Source: a virus (Duplodnaviria; Caudoviricetes). Taken from it: a DNA stretch of 64,000 bases. The stretch lies in IMG/VR virus record IMGVR_UViG_3300027847_001698; one strand, 5' to 3'. Shown in pieces: positions 1-9,748 of the stretch (position 1 is its first letter; the number at the start of each line of letters is the position of its first letter). Both the position numbers and the translations under genes were made by a program. The notes under the pieces were generated by a model. That model did no database searches. It had not been told where the DNA came from and was given only the letters and a program-made list of their open reading frames with translations.

Positions 1-540
1 GACTTAACGGACCAGTGGCGTCATGTAAAACACTTTGTTGTTTCTGGTGGGGAGCCTACTATCCAAAAGGATCTTCCTGAGTTAATAACATTGTTAAAAG
101 ACTTGGGTCATATTGTAACGATAGAAACTAATGGGACTAAATTTGTAAAAGAAATGGATCCTCATTTATACAGTATAAGCCCAAAGACATCAAATAGCTA
201 TCCGATAGAAGGAGTAAAGACTCCTACTGGTAGTTGGGAAAAGGAATTGAGAATTCATACCCGTGGAAACAAATTAGATGCATTAACAGACTATATAAAT
301 AGTGGAATAGATTATCAAATAAAATTTGTAACCCAGAATGATGAAGATTTACAAGAAATAAAAGACATGATTGAAAAATATAGTATTCCTCATGATAGGG
401 TATATTTAATGCCTGAAGGATTTACTAGAGAATTACAACAACAACGAACATCTGAAATTGCAGAGTTATGTAAGGCAGAAGGATTTATTTTTTGTCCTAG
501 AATCCATATAGATATATGGGGGGACAAACGAGGAGTTTAG
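1..540 (+). CDS. queE: 7-carboxy-7-deazaguanine synthase (radical SAM), 5'-truncated by the window edge
   Basis: Frame is open from base 1: HFVVSGGEPTIQ, then IETNGT, SISPK and C-terminal PRIHIDIWGDKRGV, all typical QueE motifs. Confidence 0.85.
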   Translation, partial: DLTDQWRHVKHFVVSGGEPTIQKDLPELITLLKDLGHIVTIETNGTKFVKEMDPHLYSISPKTSNSYPIEGVKTPTGSWEKELRIHTRGNKLDALTDYINSGIDYQIKFVTQNDEDLQEIKDMIEKYSIPHDRVYLMPEGFTRELQQQRTSEIAELCKAEGFIFCPRIHIDIWGDKRGV

Positions 541-580
541 AAAAAAAGGGAGATGGGAGTCTCTGAATGCCCATCTCCAC
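541..580 (-). terminator. Intrinsic terminator, probably bidirectional
   Basis: A7 run, then GGAGATGGG (549-557) / CCCATCTCC (570-578) stem; on the minus strand the hairpin is followed by U7. Confidence 0.75.
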
Positions 581-860
581 TTCTTACAAATTGTATCCCT
601 AAGACACCCGAGTAATTATCAGAATAGTGACAACAACAAATAAATATCACTATTCTAATACATATCCGCTCAGGAGATAGAATCCTAAAAAACTTCCGCC
701 ATCTAAGAGAATCTTCGAAACAATGGCACAGACCAATGTATTACATTGTAACAATACCTATCTCTAAGATGACGGAAATAGAATGCAAGAGTCAAGAACC
801 GAGACGATGATTAATGCGTCCCTTAAAGTTCCGTTCTCTTGCAAATTCAAATCTATTGCA
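581..860 (-). ncRNA. Candidate structured RNA or structured 3' UTR (ncRNA-A)
   Basis: No plausible ORF. Stems at 617-630/647-660 (14 bp with one G-U), 694-704/767-777 and 785-791/836-842; wobbles resolve as G-U on the minus strand. Confidence 0.35.
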
Positions 861-863
861 AAT

Positions 864-1019
864 TCAAAATTCAAAAAGTTTAAATTTCTTTGAAAAGTAT
901 CTTTCTTTCAACTTTCCTGCTTGGTATGCACTTGCACCCGTAGCAATCAAGATTATAGTGAATCTTAATACTAATACAGTCATAAAATACCACATTGGTA
1001 GTTGAAGCTCACTCATCAT
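864..1019 (-). CDS. Small single-pass membrane protein (51 aa, MMSELQLPMWYF...KLFEF), absent from the ORF track
   Basis: Manual translation: hydrophobic segment then basic tail; promoter-motif variant at 1021-1036 directly upstream. Confidence 0.5.
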   Translation of the reverse strand: MMSELQLPMWYFMTVLVLRFTIILIATGASAYQAGKLKERYFSKKFKLFEF

Positions 1020-1063
1020 AAGTTAATATATATAATAAAAAATTGTTATCCAAACCACGAAAA

Positions 1064-1501
1064 ATGAAACCAATAATATACTTATCGGCAACTGTAACGG
1101 AATTTGAATATAGAAAAAAATGTATACATGACTATTCAGATGATTTCGTATTTATAGACCCTATACACAATACTTCAAAGATAGTTTTACTTAAAGATGA
1201 TTTTCAAGGAATAGTAGATCGATCTGTCAGAGCTTCCGATACGCAAGTTATAGAAATTGTAGAGAAAGATAAAAATGATATTTTAAGTTCAGACTATATG
1301 GTTGTATATATAAATACTCCAACATTTGGAACAATAATGGAGATACTATACGCATATGAATATGATATACCTGTATACGGTATAAATCCAAATGGAAAAT
1401 ATATAAACGATATTTGGTTTAGATATCATGTGCAGAACATATATGAATCTGTCGATGAATGTTATAATGCTATTAAATTATTGGGGTATCCGCAATTATG
1501 A
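1064..1501 (+). CDS. Nucleoside 2-deoxyribosyltransferase-like protein (NDT/DNPH1 family)
   Basis: IIYLS...DP...DKNDILSSDYMVV...PTFGTIMEILYAY...IPVY pattern with the catalytic-type GTxME. Confidence 0.75.
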   Translation: MKPIIYLSATVTEFEYRKKCIHDYSDDFVFIDPIHNTSKIVLLKDDFQGIVDRSVRASDTQVIEIVEKDKNDILSSDYMVVYINTPTFGTIMEILYAYEYDIPVYGINPNGKYINDIWFRYHVQNIYESVDECYNAIKLLGYPQL

Positions 1502-2055
1502 AAGAAGTTGTTGCAATTACAGGAAAGGCGAGAGCAGGAAAAGATACCATAGGCAATTTCTTAGTAAATAATTATGGATTCATTAAGTATTCTTTTGCTG
1601 ATGCTATACGGGAAATAGTTAAAACTGCATTTGTTTTATCTGATTCCGAAGTTAGATCTGAAACATTAAAGGAAGCACCATTAGCTGATTTTCCAGAATG
1701 GTCAGTTAGAAAATTATTACAAGTCATTGGCACTGACTTATTCAGAAAATATATACATGAAGATATATGGGTATATAATGTTGCCAAGAGAATTGAAAAA
1801 AATGATAACTCTAGAGTAGTTATAACAGATGTTCGATTTCCAAATGAGCTAGATGTATTAGATACCATTCCTAATGCAAGAGTAACTACTATTAAAGTTA
1901 CTAGACATGGAAGAGATGGGGATGTAGGTCTTACTGGGCATGAATCTGAATCATATGATTTACCTACAAAATATTCTATTTCAAATAATGTATCTATAGA
2001 GTCTCTACATACTAGAATTAATCATATTATACAAGACATCAAATTGCATATTTAG
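1498..2055 (+). CDS. Deoxynucleoside monophosphate kinase (T4 gp1-like)
   Basis: GKARAGKDT P-loop, SFADAIRE, RKLLQVIGTD, ITDVRFPNE. Confidence 0.9.
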   Translation: MKEVVAITGKARAGKDTIGNFLVNNYGFIKYSFADAIREIVKTAFVLSDSEVRSETLKEAPLADFPEWSVRKLLQVIGTDLFRKYIHEDIWVYNVAKRIEKNDNSRVVITDVRFPNELDVLDTIPNARVTTIKVTRHGRDGDVGLTGHESESYDLPTKYSISNNVSIESLHTRINHIIQDIKLHI

Positions 2056-2079
2056 GAATAAATAAAAAGGAGGTTATAC

Positions 2080-2820
2080 ATGAATGAACACGTATTATTA
2101 TATACGCCAGGAATTGATACATTATTGGTGGAAGATTATCTTACTAGAAAAGGAATCACTCCAGAAAAAGTTTACTATGACATTAAAAGTAAATACTCTA
2201 ATCAAGAACTAGAAATGTTAGATTCTAGAAACAACGTAATTATTGATTCTAGTTTCAATTTTGCTGACATTGAAGATGAATGGGCATATATTCCTAATCG
2301 AAATTTACATTTTGCTTTACATGCGTCAGCAACATATGGTAATACTGTATGGGTAGGAGGAACCCAATCGGATAGAGTATCTGATAATAACAAAGAGATA
2401 TTCTCCGATTTAGGTGTAGTAATAAACAAATCTCTACCAGGTCAGAAAGATATTAGATCTCCGTTTTGGGATAGATGGAAGAGTGAAATTGTAGCGGAAT
2501 GGATTGCATTAAAGGGGGATCCGGTGACATTGTTAACTGATACGTTTTCTTGTTATTTTCCCAAATCGACATCCACTGAACATCATGGTCTTTATATTAA
2601 TGCAAATGTAAATAATTCTCTGTCATTTGAAACTTATGAATGCTTACAATGCAGAGCATGTTTTAGAAAAAGCGTAATTCTATTTGTAGCAGGAATTAGT
2701 AGAAAACATAGTAATGACCAATTAATGACATGTAAAAATGAATTTATGAAAAATGAGTCCATTCATGGAACTCCAAGATATTTAGCTACTTTAAACTATA
2801 TCAATTACAATACACAATGA
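2080..2820 (+). CDS. queC: QueC-like 7-cyano-7-deazaguanine synthase with a divergent PP-loop
   Basis: IPNRNLHF, TFSCY and CxxCxxC (CLQCRAC) Zn site; N-terminal TPGIDT where SGGxDS is expected. Confidence 0.7.
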   Translation: MNEHVLLYTPGIDTLLVEDYLTRKGITPEKVYYDIKSKYSNQELEMLDSRNNVIIDSSFNFADIEDEWAYIPNRNLHFALHASATYGNTVWVGGTQSDRVSDNNKEIFSDLGVVINKSLPGQKDIRSPFWDRWKSEIVAEWIALKGDPVTLLTDTFSCYFPKSTSTEHHGLYINANVNNSLSFETYECLQCRACFRKSVILFVAGISRKHSNDQLMTCKNEFMKNESIHGTPRYLATLNYINYNTQ

Positions 2821-3350
2821 AAAAAATATCACCTTATGCTATTCTTTCTAAATGGCTTCATGACGGATCTATGGAGTCCGAAATACCTAAACAGTTAGTA
2901 GATGACAAGAGTATAGGGTGTCATTATGTATTATATTATTTTCAAGATAGTCCTTATATTCAATATATTTCAAATACCTTTAATAATTATGAAATATTTA
3001 AATTAGATAGGCTTGAGATATTTAAGTTTATTAAACAGACGATAAGATTATGTCATCATAAACCAAGATTCATTTCTAGAGTAAACGCACAAAAAACAAA
3101 GTTTGAACAGCTTATGTTTAGAAGACATCCTTATTTGAAAAGGATGGAAATTAGAAGATTGTGTGAAGTTATTGATAGCTCTGAAAATAAAGATCTTATC
3201 TATGAATCATTAGGTTTAACAGTTACTAAGAAGTCTAAGATGACAAAGAAAGAAAAGGAAGGATTTAAATCAAAACCAGTAGAAGCAGTTCCATCTGACG
3301 CTATTTCATTAGATGTGTTTCTTTTGGATTTTGGTATTGAGGAAATTTAA
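2817..3350 (+). CDS. Hypothetical protein (weak resemblance to small clamp-loader subunits)
   Basis: 177-aa ORF coupled to queC by an ATGA overlap. Confidence 0.6.
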   Translation: MKKISPYAILSKWLHDGSMESEIPKQLVDDKSIGCHYVLYYFQDSPYIQYISNTFNNYEIFKLDRLEIFKFIKQTIRLCHHKPRFISRVNAQKTKFEQLMFRRHPYLKRMEIRRLCEVIDSSENKDLIYESLGLTVTKKSKMTKKEKEGFKSKPVEAVPSDAISLDVFLLDFGIEEI

Positions 3351-3352
3351 TT

Positions 3353-5455
3353 ATGGAAGATGAAAAGACATATTATAATCAAAACCTAATATCTATTTTT
3401 GATAGTAGGATTTCAAACAACGAAGTAAAGGTTCAGGCACATTGTAGTGAAAATGAATACGGATTAGTTAATCCAATTATACAATTTTCAGTTAATGATT
3501 ATAAAAATAGATCATTGAATTCAATATACATGCCGTTCCATGTACTAATGGAATTTATAACTCAATGTAAGAAAGTTATAACTTCTGCAAAACAATTTCA
3601 AGATGAGATAGCAAAAGATTCAAATTTTAAAAAGGCATTTTTGGTATCTAACAAGAAAGAACTTAAAGTCACAGTATGTAATAAAATAGAATTTAGTGGG
3701 ATGTGTTTTAGAGTTGCAGTATCATTAAAAGAAGGTTCTAATAATGAAGCTGAATGTTCATTTATAACTCTATATGAACTAGTGTCTATCTTTAAAGTTA
3801 TGAGTGATTTCTGTGATAACTATTCTGTGTATGTTAATTTATTCAGCCAACGATCAAGTAATGATAAAATGCTTAATGAATTAACTGACGTAAAATCTCT
3901 TTTACGAAGACTAACTCAGAAATCACAAGAGCAACCTACTCCAGTGATAACTGAATCTAAAAATTTTGTATTGAATGATCTAATATGTTCAGTATGTGGA
4001 TCACCACAGAAGATATCACCAACTGGGCCTATTTGTGATAATAACCACAATGGAGCAATGGGGATAACTAAAGAGGAATGGGAAGATGAAAATGAAAATG
4101 ATGACATGGATGATTATCTTAATACTAATCTCGATACGATTGAATTAGATTCTGATATTCAAGAAACCATTGATCATGTTCCACGTGTCCCCGAGATCAT
4201 TCAGCCATCACAAACATCATTTTTCACAGATGTTATATTAGACAAATCTACTGAAAATCTAGAGAACATGATAAACAGTTCTATATCGTCCACTACTTTA
4301 CTTCATTCAATAGTTAAAGTAATGAATACTAAAGCAGGAAAGGACGAAATGGATATAGAACATTTCTTTCCAGGTTGTTCAAATCAAGACTATTGGTTGA
4401 TGAATTACTCTAGCACAAGATTAGTAAAGCATTTCATCAATTTACACCTTAACAACAATAAAACTCTACCAAAATCAACTTCACCGTTGAGATATAAACG
4501 AGCCGAAGGAACAGAGGTTCCTGAGTTGAATCTTTGTATCATGTATGAGCTTCTTATGTATTTCACAGTTTATTCAACTGTTAGAAATCAGTTACAAGAA
4601 GAGGATGCGAATTCTACTAACAATAAAGGTGTAATATGTTTTGCATTGAAATCAATTCTGGCCCCAATGATTTTTTCTATTTTTGATTTGATTCCAAATC
4701 AAGAAATACTAATTTCTAGAGTATCTGAGCGATTCTTTAAGTGTAAAGACGAAGGAGTATTCGATCACCTATTCGATCACATAAAATCAATATACGGAAA
4801 GGAAGTTACTATATCATCTGAAACCATATCAACAACAATGTCCACATTATCAACTGCAATAAAGAAGCATCCTGATATGTTCTGGATTCCTAATTATTTT
4901 GAACAGAGAGTCAAAGATGGTTCAGTATTAATCAGACATGATATATTTGACGATGTTGAATTAACCGAAGATAAAGTGAATAAGATTTTATTATTGGAAT
5001 CTAATTTCAAAAGAGGAGGTTTTATAGATGTAGATAATTTAAAGGAAAAACATAAAATTAATAATTTTAATGATATTCCTGAAAAAATTCTTAAATTAGT
5101 TGGTGTGGAATCCTCAACTTTTAATACAGCTAATTTAACTAGATACGTTAATGAGGAGATGGAAGAAGATACATATTTATCCGAAGCACTGAAGATTTGT
5201 GAACATATTAATGAGAGCTACCAAGATCTTAAAGATGGAAAATTTGACTTTTCTAATCTTCCAAGAAACGTATTGGTCTCATTTTGTATATGGGATATGA
5301 AAGCTGATAAAAAATTATCACTTAATTATGCTTACCTAAAGAAGAAAATAGAAGAATCTTCATTAGATAAGGACTCTGCACAAGCTATACTATCAAATAT
5401 TGTAAGAAAATCTAAGGAATATATTGATTTAGTTGGAAGCCTCAACCTAGAGTAA
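3353..5455 (+). CDS. Large hypothetical protein with an internal Zn-ribbon (CxxC...CxxxH)
   Basis: 700-aa ORF; CSVCGSPQ...PICDNNH followed by an acidic linker. Confidence 0.75.
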   Translation: MEDEKTYYNQNLISIFDSRISNNEVKVQAHCSENEYGLVNPIIQFSVNDYKNRSLNSIYMPFHVLMEFITQCKKVITSAKQFQDEIAKDSNFKKAFLVSNKKELKVTVCNKIEFSGMCFRVAVSLKEGSNNEAECSFITLYELVSIFKVMSDFCDNYSVYVNLFSQRSSNDKMLNELTDVKSLLRRLTQKSQEQPTPVITESKNFVLNDLICSVCGSPQKISPTGPICDNNHNGAMGITKEEWEDENENDDMDDYLNTNLDTIELDSDIQETIDHVPRVPEIIQPSQTSFFTDVILDKSTENLENMINSSISSTTLLHSIVKVMNTKAGKDEMDIEHFFPGCSNQDYWLMNYSSTRLVKHFINLHLNNNKTLPKSTSPLRYKRAEGTEVPELNLCIMYELLMYFTVYSTVRNQLQEEDANSTNNKGVICFALKSILAPMIFSIFDLIPNQEILISRVSERFFKCKDEGVFDHLFDHIKSIYGKEVTISSETISTTMSTLSTAIKKHPDMFWIPNYFEQRVKDGSVLIRHDIFDDVELTEDKVNKILLLESNFKRGGFIDVDNLKEKHKINNFNDIPEKILKLVGVESSTFNTANLTRYVNEEMEEDTYLSEALKICEHINESYQDLKDGKFDFSNLPRNVLVSFCIWDMKADKKLSLNYAYLKKKIEESSLDKDSAQAILSNIVRKSKEYIDLVGSLNLE

Positions 5456-5472
5456 TCAGAAGGAAATATATA

Positions 5473-6105
5473 ATGTTAACACTTGGAAGTAAAGTAAATA
5501 GATCATACGGAATGCGACTTCCATTTCAAGGAGATTATGTTGATATAAATGTATTTTTCAATAAAACAAATACATTTATTGGGTTTAACCCTGACAAGAA
5601 ATTAAACGACATGTCGAGAAATGGAAAAGTTAAAATTCAATTTTTTAGAGATTTGAGTCAATCAGATTTCGCTACAACATTTTTAGATCTACAAGATTTT
5701 AAAGGACCAAATCTTGATATAAGATGTCAGTTTTCAAATATTATATCTAATCATAAAGATAAGATTCAATATTTATCAAACGAATCAATTAAATTAGCTA
5801 AAGTAACAACCAACAGTGGAACGTTTAAGAGCTGCTTATACGTGTATAGTTTTTCATTTTCAGATTATGAAGGTGACTTTATTTATGTATTAGCAGAACG
5901 TCAGCACATTGACGTAGCAATGGGGAAGAAATTAGTAAGGACAGGAGCGATCCAAATTGGAACCATAGAATGTTTAGACAACATGACAAATATGGTTCAA
6001 TATTATAATGGTGGCGAATCCAAAGATTTTGAAACTAAAGGTGAAGAAATAGATTCTATTTCGGATTTACTTGAAGGTGAACCAATAGAGGCTAGAAAAA
6101 TATAA
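5473..6105 (+). CDS. Hypothetical protein, possibly a virion neck component
   Basis: 210-aa ORF immediately upstream of the gp15-like gene. Confidence 0.6.
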   Translation: MLTLGSKVNRSYGMRLPFQGDYVDINVFFNKTNTFIGFNPDKKLNDMSRNGKVKIQFFRDLSQSDFATTFLDLQDFKGPNLDIRCQFSNIISNHKDKIQYLSNESIKLAKVTTNSGTFKSCLYVYSFSFSDYEGDFIYVLAERQHIDVAMGKKLVRTGAIQIGTIECLDNMTNMVQYYNGGESKDFETKGEEIDSISDLLEGEPIEARKI

Positions 6106-6107
6106 AC

Positions 6108-7292
6108 ATGGCAATAACAAAACCCGAAACACACCAGCACTTTTACATAAATAATTGCTTTGGTTCCTTTTTTAGAGGAGTCTTGAATTATTTTGGAGAA
6201 GTATTTTATGATAGATTTGAATACAAAGTATTAGGAAGCTATGATAAAAGTGTAGAATTCTTTAATAAAAAGAAACAACTTGGTAGTGAGGTCGATACGA
6301 ATCTGTTGCCTAGTATAACATTAGATCCAACATATGATTTTCAACCAGCAGAAGTCGGTGGCTTATTCTTTTGGCAATCCCAAAACTTTGCACCCGGTCA
6401 AGCTAGAATGTTATTTGATTCATATGAAGGCTTTGAAGATCAGAGTTTAGAAATAACTCCCATATTCAGTAAGTACCAAGGAAATTTTGAACTTATATTT
6501 TGGGTTAATTCGGTATATGAGTTATTAGATATTAGAACATATCTATTTCAATGGTCTGGCGGATATAGAAGAAAATTGAGACCAGAATTGTTTGAATCAT
6601 TTATAGTTCTTCCTGAAGGATTAACTGATTTCAAATATAAAGATATTGATGATAATGATGTAGCAATTGACTTTGATAAATCTGATTTACTTATCAAAAA
6701 AATAACTAATGTAAATCAAGATAGAAGTACAATGCCTGTGTTATTGAGTCCTATGTTTTGGTTTGATAATATTGCTGATGCATCTAATAAATATGGCGGG
6801 GATGGCATAGCAGAATATAAATTATCTGTATCCGTTTCATTTGAAATAGATATTCCTACATACGTGGTTGTAACGCCATATATGGGGCTAGAAAAATTAA
6901 ATCTATCCTTTTCAATGGATGCGGTATATAGTAGATATGGTCCATCGCCACAATATGACGAGACAAGTGGGAAATATATTAAGGATTCGGAAGGAAATAT
7001 ACCAAAAATGTATTCTAGTCATGAAATAGCAGATGAACCACCTAAAAACAATCAGTTTTCACAACGTGCATATTATTCGTTTACTGCATCAGATGAAGTA
7101 ATTACCGCTTTGCCATTTGAAATAGATAATCCATTTGATGTATCTAATGATGAAACTAAAATTATAGTGGTGTCATATTCTGGCCAATTGGTATATGGTC
7201 AAGACTGGACCTTCAATGATGACAAGTCAAAAATTTTAGTACAAGTATCACCTGTCGATGGAGAGTTAGTAGAGTTTTATTTATACTCATAA
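6108..7292 (+). CDS. Putative tail terminator/completion protein (T4 gp15-like) with a C-terminal beta domain
   Basis: LPSITLD...Y.GNFELIFW...YKLSVSVSFE topology typical of tail terminators; moderate confidence, no search run. Confidence 0.45.
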   Translation: MAITKPETHQHFYINNCFGSFFRGVLNYFGEVFYDRFEYKVLGSYDKSVEFFNKKKQLGSEVDTNLLPSITLDPTYDFQPAEVGGLFFWQSQNFAPGQARMLFDSYEGFEDQSLEITPIFSKYQGNFELIFWVNSVYELLDIRTYLFQWSGGYRRKLRPELFESFIVLPEGLTDFKYKDIDDNDVAIDFDKSDLLIKKITNVNQDRSTMPVLLSPMFWFDNIADASNKYGGDGIAEYKLSVSVSFEIDIPTYVVVTPYMGLEKLNLSFSMDAVYSRYGPSPQYDETSGKYIKDSEGNIPKMYSSHEIADEPPKNNQFSQRAYYSFTASDEVITALPFEIDNPFDVSNDETKIIVVSYSGQLVYGQDWTFNDDKSKILVQVSPVDGELVEFYLYS

Positions 7293-7356
7293 TAAGATTG
7301 TTTTTTCAATAATTGGAATAACAATAAAGGAAATTATATTTTAACGAGGAACTTTT

Positions 7357-8781
7357 ATGGCGGCATCGTCTTACGTTATAGCTGGAGTTGATACATTCGT
7401 GCAACTATTCAGTAAATTCTTAGACGCATCTAATGATGAGTTTTTGAGTAATCCCCTATTCGCATCATTTCTAGCTGATACGGTTAACAAGTATCTGTTT
7501 AGTTATGGTACAGGGATAAATTATAAAACCAAAAAACTATCTAAGAAACACGATCAACGCTTTCTCAAAGTTGTAAATAAAGTCAGATCATCTGAATTTA
7601 TGAAGGACACAAAATTATTTTGGGACTCAGGTGGATTCCAAGTAGCTCAAGGTGGAGTTAGAACAGAAGATATGCCTACATTCATGGACAATTATTGTAA
7701 CATGATCTGTGAGCACAATGATAAATTTGAACAAGCATTCATTTTAGATCTTCCACCGGGACCAGGATCAACAGAAATATTTGATAGCTACAAACAAATT
7801 GAAGATATCAATCGAATATCCTATAATAAATTTAGAACGGATATACCTGATGATATTAGGAAGAAGATTATTTACATTCATCATTTCAGAACACCTTCTC
7901 TATATAAAACATGGAATAAGTTTCTATTTGACGAGAACTTAGGGGAAGGCTATGAGTATTTTGGCACAGGGGGAATTGTAGCCAATTTAGCATCGGATGT
8001 GTTGATTCCTATAATCATATACACCATACCACTAAGTACGGTCTTGAGCTATGTTAAACAGAGAGGAATTAAAAAATTCAAGTTTCATGTATTGGGTGGG
8101 GCAAACTATGTTGATATCTTTTACCATCAATTATTCACTTATCATATAAAGCAGATTCATGACATAGAAGTAGAGATCACATATGACTCTTCTGCTATTT
8201 TCAAAGCTCTTGCTATAGGTAGATATATCAATGTGGTCAATGCAGATAAAAAACTTGTTAAGATGGATATACGGTCTGCAAACTTGCCTATGAGATTGAC
8301 ATTTGGAGACGGAACAGTTGAAGATACAGTATTTAAGTTGGTGAATAAGATAGCAGTTAAATATGGATTCAAGCCTCTGGATAAAATAAATAATCCTATT
8401 TATAATTTAGAGACTGGTACTTTAGGTAAAGAGAATCATATGTATTTGATGTGTTATGTATTAAATATATTTAAGACCATAGAAGAAGTATCTAAACAAT
8501 TTGTAGAACGCATATATCCGATATATGCAGCATCAAATAAAACAGAATTAGTTCCCGATTCATCTATAACTGAATTTGATACAATATGTCAAGAATTCAC
8601 TCAAAAGATCAATCAAGGAAAGAGAACCAAGAAGCAATTCAACAAGACATCATCAATTTTTAAATCATTACAGATACTAGAAAAATTAGATTTAGATATT
8701 AATGAACACTATGTTAAAAAGTATTTAAGTGGTGATGACGTATCCACATGGGGTGGTGGCGGCTCTATACTTTGGGAATGA
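7357..8781 (+). CDS. dpdA: tRNA-guanine transglycosylase-like protein, likely DpdA-type DNA 7-deazaguanine insertase
   Basis: FWDSGGFQVAQG (TGT DSGGFQ motif), ILDLPP, FHVLGG, TYDSS; queE and queC nearby. Confidence 0.7.
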   Translation: MAASSYVIAGVDTFVQLFSKFLDASNDEFLSNPLFASFLADTVNKYLFSYGTGINYKTKKLSKKHDQRFLKVVNKVRSSEFMKDTKLFWDSGGFQVAQGGVRTEDMPTFMDNYCNMICEHNDKFEQAFILDLPPGPGSTEIFDSYKQIEDINRISYNKFRTDIPDDIRKKIIYIHHFRTPSLYKTWNKFLFDENLGEGYEYFGTGGIVANLASDVLIPIIIYTIPLSTVLSYVKQRGIKKFKFHVLGGANYVDIFYHQLFTYHIKQIHDIEVEITYDSSAIFKALAIGRYINVVNADKKLVKMDIRSANLPMRLTFGDGTVEDTVFKLVNKIAVKYGFKPLDKINNPIYNLETGTLGKENHMYLMCYVLNIFKTIEEVSKQFVERIYPIYAASNKTELVPDSSITEFDTICQEFTQKINQGKRTKKQFNKTSSIFKSLQILEKLDLDINEHYVKKYLSGDDVSTWGGGGSILWE

Positions 8782-8848
8782 TAAATGCTTCTTTTGCAAT
8801 CCCTTATGTATGTTTTAGAATAAATTATTAAAAAGGAGTTTATACACA

Positions 8849-9154
8849 TTGCCTGCACAATCAAGATTAGGAGATATGGGAGTTGGGATTTGTTGCTGTC
8901 ATTCAGACCCCACATGTATAGGTATGGTCGGTATTCTTATAACCGGATCACCAAATCATAACACCAATTCTCTTGCAACCGCAAGAAAATATGATATTAT
9001 GTTAGGATTTTGTGGTCATATAGGACAGATGATAACAAGTTCAAATACAGCAGAAGTTAACAACAAAGGAATGGTAAGAATAGGGGATCAATTTACTGGA
9101 TGCTTTAGGGGTGTTGTAGTAAGTGGATCACCAAATACAACAACAGGAAATTAA
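8849..9154 (+). CDS. PAAR-like spike tip protein (T4 gp5.4-like)
   Basis: Three PAAR-like repeats (SRLGD, ARKYD, RIGD), Cys/His metal ligands, ends SGSPNTTTG. Confidence 0.85.
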   Translation: MPAQSRLGDMGVGICCCHSDPTCIGMVGILITGSPNHNTNSLATARKYDIMLGFCGHIGQMITSSNTAEVNNKGMVRIGDQFTGCFRGVVVSGSPNTTTGN

Positions 9155-9157
9155 TTT

Positions 9158-9748
9158 ATGGTAACATTAGAATCGTTTTTAGCAACATCAATTACAGATC
9201 AAGTATCAGTTGCAGAAAATCTCGTCAATATAAACGCTGAGATAACTGATTTAACTGGAACAAGAACAGAAGTATTAAATAGAATAATGACCCCATCGGA
9301 AGCAGTCGTTGATACATTTATAACTGCTAAGTTTACTGAGTTACAGACGGTAGGGGGTTATGATGAATTTAGAATTACTAAAGGTTCTGAATACAATGTA
9401 ATTCCTGCAATACCGGTAAGTTTATCAACACCTGGAGCATACCCAACAAGTAATCTTAGTGATTGGATGGTTGAAGCAAAACATACAGTAGACGACGAAT
9501 GGACAAATCTTTATGATTACACTAACGCGGTTACAGATGTTATAACATCTGTTATAAATGCAAATGAAGAGTTCGTATATGCATATGATTTATTAGCACA
9601 GAAGCCGATAAATTTAGATGGCACATATGGTATAAATGAAAGAATAGCAAATTTTAATAGAGTTCTAACGATTTTCCAAGCGGATGAAGATAAGTTAGAA
9701 GATACTGAAGTTATTGTACAAAGAGTATTAGACACCGAGGGAAGTTAA
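9158..9748 (+). CDS. Hypothetical protein, probably virion-associated
   Basis: 196-aa ORF between the PAAR gene and the helicase. Confidence 0.65.
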   Translation: MVTLESFLATSITDQVSVAENLVNINAEITDLTGTRTEVLNRIMTPSEAVVDTFITAKFTELQTVGGYDEFRITKGSEYNVIPAIPVSLSTPGAYPTSNLSDWMVEAKHTVDDEWTNLYDYTNAVTDVITSVINANEEFVYAYDLLAQKPINLDGTYGINERIANFNRVLTIFQADEDKLEDTEVIVQRVLDTEGS

